Part shown: positions 55,523-64,000 of the stretch, piece after piece | Layout: every line of letters begins with the position of its first letter | How positions within the stretch are numbered: position 1 is the first letter of the stretch | From: Octopus vulgaris | Taxonomy: Eukaryota | Direction: 5' to 3' | Assembly: GCA_951406725.2 (NCBI GenBank) | Contig: OX597825.1 | Span: forward strand, 62,310,001 to 62,374,000 | Length of the DNA: 64,000 bases | Program-made: the position numbers and the translations under genes | The notes under the pieces: generated by a model | What the model saw: the letters and a program-made list of their open reading frames with translations, nothing else | Databases searched by the model: none | Told to the model about the DNA's origin: nothing

Positions 55523-55989
55523 TCTGGTCAAAATGCTTTGCAGCATTTCGTCCAGCTGTGCATTCTAAGTTCAAGTTCCTCTGGGGTCATCTCTGCCTTT
55601 CATACTTTTTTTGGATCAATAAAATAAGTATCAGTTGAGCCATGGGGGTCAATGTAATCGACTTAGTCCCCTACTGAAATTGCTAGCCTTAGAAGAAGAC
55701 TTGAAAGTGCATATTCTCAGAAAAATATTCTGAATCTGCTTCACTTTCACTTCTCAGAATGTATGAGGAGAAATATGTTTGTGGGTTATTAACATCACGC
55801 CCTGGGGGAATGAATAAGATGACAGGAGAATATCATCAAATTTATACAAAACTGTTTGATTAAATATTCTTCTTTCTCTCTTTTTCTTTCCTTTTTTCTG
55901 TCGTCTTTTTTCTGTTTCTTTTTTCTGGCTTTTATTTCTGTCTTTTTCTTTTCGCCTGTTGTAAAATTGTAACTTAAAAAACTGATTAT

Positions 55990-56159
55990 GTCATTCCATC
56001 AATGTGTGGATGCTGTCATTCCATCAATGTGTGGATGCTGTCATTCCATCAACGTGTGGATGCTGTCATTCCATCAACGTGTGGATGCTGTCATTCCATC
56101 AACGTGTGGATGCTGTCATTCCATCAACGTGTGGATGCTGTCATTCCATCAACATGTGG
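55990..56159 (+). repeat. 25 bp minisatellite, about 7 units
   Basis: (GTCATTCCATCAAYGTGTGGATGCT)n. Confidence 0.95.
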
Positions 56160-56278
56160 CCACAGTCAAATAAAAGAATTATTATTATTATTTGTTTTGT
56201 TGCTGCTTTGTTTTATACAAGCTGTTCCAATTATCACCCAGAATCCTCAAATAACTGCATGTTGCATATTTTACTATG

Positions 56279-57175
56279 AGGCGCAGGAGTGGCTGTGTGG
56301 TAAGTAGCTTGCTAACCAACCACATGGTTCAGGGTTCAGTCCCACTGCGTGGCATCTTGGGCAAGTGTCTTCTGCTATAGCCCCGGGCCGACCAATGCCT
56401 TGTGAGTGGATTTGGTAGACGGAAACTGAAAGAAGCCTGTCGTATATATGTATATATATATGTGTGTATGTGTATATGTTTGTGTGTCCGTGTTTGTACC
56501 CCTAGCATTGCTTGACAACCGATGCTGGTGTGTTTACGTCCCCGTCACTTAGCGGTTCGGCAAAAAGAGACCAATAGAATAAGTACTGGGCTTACAAAGA
56601 ATAAGTCCCGGGGTCGATTTGCTCGACTAAAGGCGGTGCTCCAGCATGGCCGCAGTCAAATGACTGAAACAAGTAAAAGAGTAAAAGAGTAAAAAGAGAG
56701 AGTATTATTTATGATTAGCAATAATATATTGTATAGAAAGAAAGCTACATTTTCTCTTTACTATTTTACTCTCTTATTTGTTTCAGTCATTTGACTGCAG
56801 CCATGCTGGAGCACCGCCTTTATAGTCTAACAAATCGACCCCAGAGCTTTTTCTTTGTAAGTCTAGTATTTATTCTATCACACTATTTTGCTGAACTGCT
56901 AAGTTGCGGGGATTTAAACATACCAGCATCTGTTGTCAAGCGATGCTGGGGTGGAGGGGACAAACAGACACACAAACATACTCACATACACACACACACA
57001 CACACACATATATATGACAGGCTTCTTTCAGTTTCCGTCTACCAAATCCACTCACAAGGCTTTGGTCAGCCCAAGGCCATAGTAGAAGACACTTACCCAA
57101 GGTGCCACGCAGTGGGACTGAACCCAGGACCATGGGTTGGTAAGCAAGCTATTTACCACACAGTGACTCCTGCAT
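56279..57175. mobile_element. Tail-to-tail inverted pair of full-length CORE-like SINEs
   Basis: Plus copy 56279-56702, minus copy 56755-57175. Confidence 0.88.
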
Positions 57176-58136
57176 CACTCTTTTAAATTTCTAATATTTT
57201 TGATTTTGAAAGATTTTTAAGAGAATCAGTTACTTTCAGGCTGACATTATTTCTCTTAGGATGCCAACAATACACATGAGAATAATTCTCCTTAGTTCTG
57301 ATAGTTTTGGGATCCTAGTATTTAGCCATAGTGTTTAAGAATTATTCGATGACTAAAGCTACAGTTGTTGTACTTTGATGCCAGTTTTCAGATTTCTATT
57401 TCAAGGTCTCTGTATTTTCTTAAAATCTTGAATGTTTTTAAACAGAAGTGTTGCAACCTGCTGAGAATATCTGTGAATAAAGATAGTTTATCAATGTGAT
57501 TTTTTACCATAGCATCTATCTATTGGCCTGAATAGTTCAATCAGTTTGAATGCTGAAGTCCCAAAGAATGATGATATCTTTATTTATTTATCTATTTATT
57601 TTTTGCAGTTTTGGCAAGTTTATATTCTCACTATTTTCTCATAGGAAAGTCTAAACTTACAGTGTGTAATACAGTGCAAATACTAACTAAATTTTTCATG
57701 GTAATTAATATATTTATTTGAGGCTAACATAAAGCATCTAGAGATGAGATTGTCAGTTGTTTCTCTGGTTATACTACAAAAGAAGCAGGAAGGATCAGTA
57801 CCAGTTTTGAGAATGTTGGCTAAGTGGTTTCTAGTGGGCAGACACTACTCCTAAGCTGCTATTATGAAGCCTTCTGTTTCTGATTTAAGTCCATTCACTG
57901 ATTTACTCCTTACTTGTTTGAGCCATGTGACTGTGGCCATGCTGGAGCACCGCCTTTAGTCGAGCAATTCGACCCCAGGACTTATTATTTGTAAGATTAG
58001 TACTTATTCTATCGGTCTCTTTTGCCAAACCACTAAGTTACGGGGACATAAACACACCAGCATCAGTTGTCAAGCAATTTTGGGGAGACAAACTCAGACA
58101 CACAAATATATACATACACATACATACATACATACA

Positions 58137-58185
<49 letters not shown>

Positions 58186-60114
58186 TTATATACATACACA
58201 TATATATACAACAGGCTTCTTTCAGTTTCTGTTTACCAAATCCACTCACAAAGCTTTGTTCAGCCCAAGGCTATAGTAGAAGACACTTGCCCAAGGTGCC
58301 ACACAGTGGGAATAAACCCAGAACCATGTGGATGGTAAGCAAGCTACTTACCACACAGCCACTCCTGATCAATAATAAGATAACTGGCCATTCTGGGCTA
58401 TTCCCCATTTAATACCTTATTTTCTGATCTATTTTTGAAGTTCTGAGATTCCCTTTGACTTGTCTTGTGCTCTTATTTCTTTTATTGTCACAATGGGTCC
58501 CTCTGTTTCATCTATCTGTGCCTCAGTCTCAGTAGTCTATCAGTGAGATGAGTAAAATTGATACAAAAAGATGCAAGGAGTAAATAGGTTTGTGACATGC
58601 TCACAACAGCCCCATCAAAGACCAAAGCAGCATAAACAGTTCAAAGCATATATACAAGTCTTTATTTGATTTACTGCTTTTTATATCACATTAATAAAAG
58701 CTTATTATAAATTGCTTATTATTTATTATTTATGTGCCCTTTTCAAGCTTAGCCAGGTTCATGGGCCTGGTTTCCTGGTTTCTGTGGCATATGTGTTCCC
58801 CCCCAGCTGGATGGGACGCCAATCCATCGAAGCAGTACTCAAGAAACAGGAAGAAAGAGTGAGAGAAAGTTGGGGTGAAAGAGTACAACAGGGGTCGTGA
58901 GCAACCCTGCCGGAGCCTCATGGAGCTTTAGGTGTTCTTGCTCAATAAAGACACACAACACCTGGTCTGGGAATCGAAACCACAATCCTCCGACCATGAG
59001 TCCATTGCCCTAACCACTGGGCCTCCACAAATAGTTTATGCAATGTATAAATTATATAGCATTATTTTGTTTTCCTTTGCTTAAGTTAAATTGATACATA
59101 TGTTATAGGTTTTCTCTGAACCCTATCCATATAACAGAGAGGTTACTGACACGAAATATAAGCTTACAACCATTTTGTCAAGCTGTAAAGTGCAAATGCC
59201 ATAAAAACCAATTATGATTTTGCTTTTCAATTTTAAACTGGAAAACCATTGTATAGCTGTTTCTAAACAAATCTCTGTATTTTCTTCCATTGGGAATCTA
59301 TAGAAAAGTCTAATGGGATATGAATCTTTGTGAAGTGTTTATTAATATAAAGGGAAGCAAAATTTCTAACAAAAATTGCTAACCAAATAAGACGAAGCAA
59401 CTTCAAAAACAAGAGACAGATAATGAATATTTAATTAAGCATGAAACTTTACGCAGAGCCTTAATCACAGACTACAAACTAACTGTTTGCATGAGAAAGA
59501 AAGAAAAAAAAATAATTGAAATTTTGTGATTATCATAGTAAAATAAATGGAAGAAAAATGGTGATGATGGTGGTGGTGGTGGTGGTGGATGTTGGTAGGT
59601 CTGAAGTTTCATGTTAAGTGAATGGAATTTGGTGTATAATGGAATTCAATGAAGTAGTATCTGTATGCAGGATTAAAACAACATAAACCAATAAGAAAGA
59701 AAGGTGATATAAAACAAGCAAGGATAATAAACAGAAGCAATGTTCTGAGTTCAGGCTGAGAGATATTAACAAAAGTTAATTTTTGTAGACTCTTACGAAA
59801 AAACATAATCATTCTCAGCTGCAATTAACAATTAGCTTCAGTACAACACTTCATTTTTTTTGCCATTTATCTTTTACTGGTTTCAGTTGTTATACTGCGG
59901 CCATGCTGGTGCACTGCTTTGAAGGATTTATAGTCGAATGTATTGACTCCAGTACTTTATTATTATTTTTTTTTTTACAATGCCTGGTACTTATACTATC
60001 AATCTCTTTGGCTGAACGGCTAAGTTACAGGGACATAAACACACCAACACTGGTTGTCAAGTCGTGGTGGGTAACAAACACAGACACAAAGACACACACA
60101 CATAGATATATACA

Positions 60115-60152
<38 letters not shown>

Positions 60153-60183
60153 AATATGTATGTATACATACACACACACACAT

Positions 60184-60267
<84 letters not shown>

Positions 60268-60269
60268 AA

Positions 60270-60480
60270 CAAGAGTGACAGAAACAGGAAGTAACAAGGA
60301 AAATGCCAATTGTATTTGAACACTATGCAAATATTCTTTTAAAAAACTTTTCTTTTAATTTTTCAAAAATTTAATTGTTCTCCATACTTACAGTTGAAAA
60401 ACTCTCAATGACTGAAACTAGTACTGAAATGTTTTTTATAAAATTATTTTAGCATTTTCTACCTTGACTTTTTTTTTTCC
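60270..60480 (+). mobile_element. Solo pLTR-like copy of 18140-18360 with degenerate hammerhead
   Basis: CAG-TTGAAAA-ACTC tcaat GACT-GAAA-CTAG-TA-CTG with homologous flanks. Confidence 0.75.
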
Positions 60481-60535
60481 AAATATATATATATATACCT
60501 GTAAATGTAATATGTGACAATTATTCAGTAGCCAT

Positions 60536-60596
60536 GATAAAACTCTGAGTTTCGGATGCTGAGGTTGAAATCCCCGCCGTCATCTTTTCAGTTATC
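60536..60596 (-). ncRNA. Hammerhead-like motif (degenerate core)
   Basis: GATAA-CTGAAAA-GATG...CATC-C-GAAA-CTCAGAG-TT-TTATC. Confidence 0.55.
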
Positions 60597-61020
60597 CAGC
60601 CATAGGATAAATTCCTCTATTTACATAATATCAAGGTCATTTTTTTTCTTTTGCTGTCTTACCATTTTTGTCAATATATATATATATATACTTTATTTAA
60701 AAGCAGCAGAAATTCTACTGCTTTTAAATAAAGCATATTACTCTACCCCTGGTATTTGAGTACTCTTTTTCCCACCTTGTTTCACATTTATGTGTTTACT
60801 CTGGTATATATATATACATTTATATATATATATATATATATACATTTATATATATATATATTCATATATATATATATATACATATATATATGTATATGTA
60901 AAAAAATACAAACTGGCACAAGAACGCAAAACATTTAGAAGACGCTACAAAAAACACGGACGGGACATTCAAGGCCTTCAATCTTCAGTCAAGAACCGGA
61001 TCATCCTCGCAATATATATA

Positions 61021-61073
<53 letters not shown>

Positions 61074-61115
61074 TCATTTAACGTCCGCTTTCCATGCTAG
61101 CATATATATATATAT

Positions 61116-61174
<59 letters not shown>

Positions 61175-61180
61175 TACATA

Positions 61181-61930
61181 CAGGGTGGGTGGAAAATAAC
61201 TTGGCATTAGAAATTGCTTAAAGAATTTTTAGTATCACTGAAGATATGACAAAAACATTTTTTATACAAGCAACACTAATGGGGAATTTTTATTTTCTTA
61301 TTTCTTATTTCTTATTTTCCTGATGGCTCGTTGCTTGACTGTTCAGGTGTGAGCTAACATAGTAGCATGCTATGAAGCATGGAATTCAATTGTTTTGGTT
61401 CAGAGATGGTGGCATGCACGGGAAGATTAGCATGCAACACTACATCTGGAGTCAATAAAAAGTTGTCATGTGAAGATGATGACCATGGCTCTGTGAACCA
61501 TGCAAAAAGAAGTGACCATCCAATCACATCCCAATCAGTGGAGAATGTGGCAACAGTACAGGAAATGTTTAATCACTGCCTTCAAAAATCAACATGTGAA
61601 GCAGCTCATGAATGTGGACTAAAAAGACACACAATAAATACAGTGTTGCATAAACAATTGAATTTTCATCTGTGGAAACCCCATTACATGCAGGATCTAA
61701 AACCTGAAGAGAGTGTCCCCAGAAGTCCAGATGTCACTTCATGTGATTTTTACCTATGGGGTTTCACAAAAGAGGAGGTGTACAATACAAAACCTTGCAC
61801 ACTGGAGGATTCAGAGACGTGGATTCAGGAGGTTCTCAATGATATTCCAGACGACATCCTTCAGGAGGTTGTTCATACTATCGATGGCTGTTTGAGGAAA
61901 CAGGCTGACACCACTAGTGCTTATGGGTGT
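61181..61930 (+). mobile_element. Tc1/mariner transposon, internally deleted
   Basis: TA-CAGGGTG terminus; ENVATVQEMF..QKST..LHKQLNFHLWK joined directly to PRSPDVTSCDFYLWG. Confidence 0.8.
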
Positions 61931-62339
61931 GATAGATAAATTGTCACCATTTCATGTTTTTGATTTTACACATGCACATTGCCTGTTTTTGATTTTGTCC
62001 ACTACACAGCATAGTTGTTGTTTGTTCCTTCTTGAGCCACGCCTGGCTCATCAGGTCCGCTTTTCTGGTTTCCTTGGCATATAGGTTCCCCACCTGGATG
62101 GGACGCCAGTCCGTTGCAGGTGAGCTGCAAGATGCAGGAGGAAAGTGTGAGAGAAAGTTGTGGCAAAAGAGTCAGCAGAAGTTCGCCATTACCTTCTGCC
62201 GGAATCGCGTGGAGCTTAGGTGTTTTTGCTCATAAACACACACATCAACTGATCTGAGATTCGAACCCATGAACCCTCGACCGTGAGTCCGCTGCTCTAA
62301 ACTCTAGACCGTGTGCCTCCACACACAGTATAGTAGGGT

Positions 62340-63091
62340 CAGTTGGGTACCATCTGTGAGAAAAACAACACCATGATGCAATTCCTCTGCTAGAAATTGG
62401 AAATGACATGCTGTACTGCTTGGCATGCATACTGGAAGCTTCAATGAGAACATTTCAGAGTGTTTGGGTGTCAATCTGAGGACATGTACTGAGAGTGATA
62501 AAAATCAAATTTGCAGTCAACATCATGGTATTTGGAGTGATCACTAGTGATAGCAATATTATGCCCCCATTCATCTTCCCACACAGCCTCAGACTCAACA
62601 CGGAGGCCTACATCGATGATGTAGTGCTGCTCTGGGTCAAGAAGGTGGCTGCTGGAAGACCCTAAGTCTAGCAACAGGACTCTGCACCATGCCTCACAAG
62701 CAGGAGAACACAGTCGTGGGCTCTCATACAATTTCTGCCACCACATCACCCCTAACATCTAGCCACTTAACTCCCCAACCTGCAAACTCCTTGATTATTA
62801 TATGAGGGACATAGGTGAGTGAGTGATCGACAAAATTCCAAAAACACAAAAGGTGAACTGAAGGCAAGGATTATGGCAGCATTCACCAACTTATACAAGG
62901 AGACCATCCAGTAGAATTGAAGTCATCTGGAAGCCATGGTTGAAGCGAATGGCAATTTTATTAAATAAATTTACCCTTTATCCTTTCAAGATATTTTTAT
63001 GTAATTTTGGTAAATATATCTGTCAAAATGAGATGTCAGTGCTATTTTCACTTTTGCATAATTTAGACAACAGTTTATTCACAGCACCATG
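62340..63091 (+). mobile_element. Tc1/mariner (DD37D/maT-like) deleted element with 3' terminus
   Basis: VNIMVFGVITSD..MPPFIFPH, QQDSAPC, PLNSPTCKLLDYY; ends CACAGCACCATG-TA. Confidence 0.75.
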
Positions 63092-64000
63092 TATGTGTGT
63101 GTTTGTGTGCTTGTGTGTGTGTGTGTGTGTGCACGCGTGCCTGTGCGTGTGTGTGTGTGTGCACGCATGCCTGTGCGTGTGTGTGTGTGTGTATACGATG
63201 GGTTTCTTTCAGTTTCTATCTACCAAATCCATATTCAAAGTTTTGGTCGGCCCAAGGTCATAATAGAAGAACCTGCCCAAGGTGCCATGCAGTGAGACTG
63301 AACCTGGAACCATGTGGTTGCGAAGTAAGCTTCTTACCACACAGCCACGATGTTAAAAAAATTTATTTTTGTAAACTCTTATAAAACAAAATTATCATTT
63401 TTAGCTGTAATTAACAATTAGCTTCTGTGAAACGTTTCTATATATAACAATTCTGTGGAACTTTTACCCCTTAAACAGAGAGAACAAAATTGTTGGATAT
63501 ATCTGTAATGTAAACATAATGATTTTAGAACGTAGCTGAGTTGTGAGGATAACTTCGATTTGAAGCATGTGTTTTGAATGCAATGGATGAAAGTCAGATA
63601 TGAATGAATGATGAGGATACATGGTGGAAATGAAAAGGCAGGAAATAGCTAAAATTCTAATAGTTAATCTGACAAGTTAGCTTGTCAGCAATGGCCAAAG
63701 AATGCTAAAGCCCTTGCTAAGCGGGACTATAAAGATAAGCTTTAGATTATGCTGTTAATATTCAGTTTGAACTTGTGCAACTCAGTGGATGGTGATAACT
63801 CATAGGAGTGGAGATCTTAGGGAGAGATCCAAATCTAAAGAAGAAAAGTTGATTGAAGAATTTAATATGGTAATTTGATATAACAATGTAACAAAACTAT
63901 AACAACCCACTTCGATCCAGAGCAGAGAAAAATATTTCATGCAGACCTTACAAGTTTTTTTTAAAACTTCATACAGATTCAATATTTATTACAGACATAC

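Noticed and set aside
55990-56159. CRISPR-like array
   Set aside because: Repeats are contiguous with no unique spacers; eukaryotic context, no cas genes.

Overview
A eukaryotic, AT-rich, microsatellite-dense window made almost entirely of transposable elements. The SINE families and the (TA)n/(CAT)n/(TAA)n content suggest an octopus or other coleoid cephalopod; this is an inference from recalled repeat motifs. No intact host protein-coding gene is evident, and most ORF-track entries are microsatellite or SINE artefacts. Recognisable content: several Penelope-like retroelements (RT + GIY-YIG) of different ages, an internally deleted Helitron plus non-autonomous Helitrons/Helentrons, R4/Dong-like, RTE and CR1-like LINE fragments, Tc1/mariner fragments, TTAA and TA MITEs, and dozens of SINEs. 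The most striking unannotated signal is about 8-10 minimal type-I hammerhead-ribozyme-like motifs from several unrelated families. They have palindromic stem III and non-canonical cores (U3-A8 swap, U6, C4), and one is split by a SINE. Also noted: a ~230 bp flanking duplication around a SINE with a higher-order 63 bp array, inverted SINE pairs, and a few candidate minus-strand exons. All alignments and folds were done by eye and boundaries are approximate.
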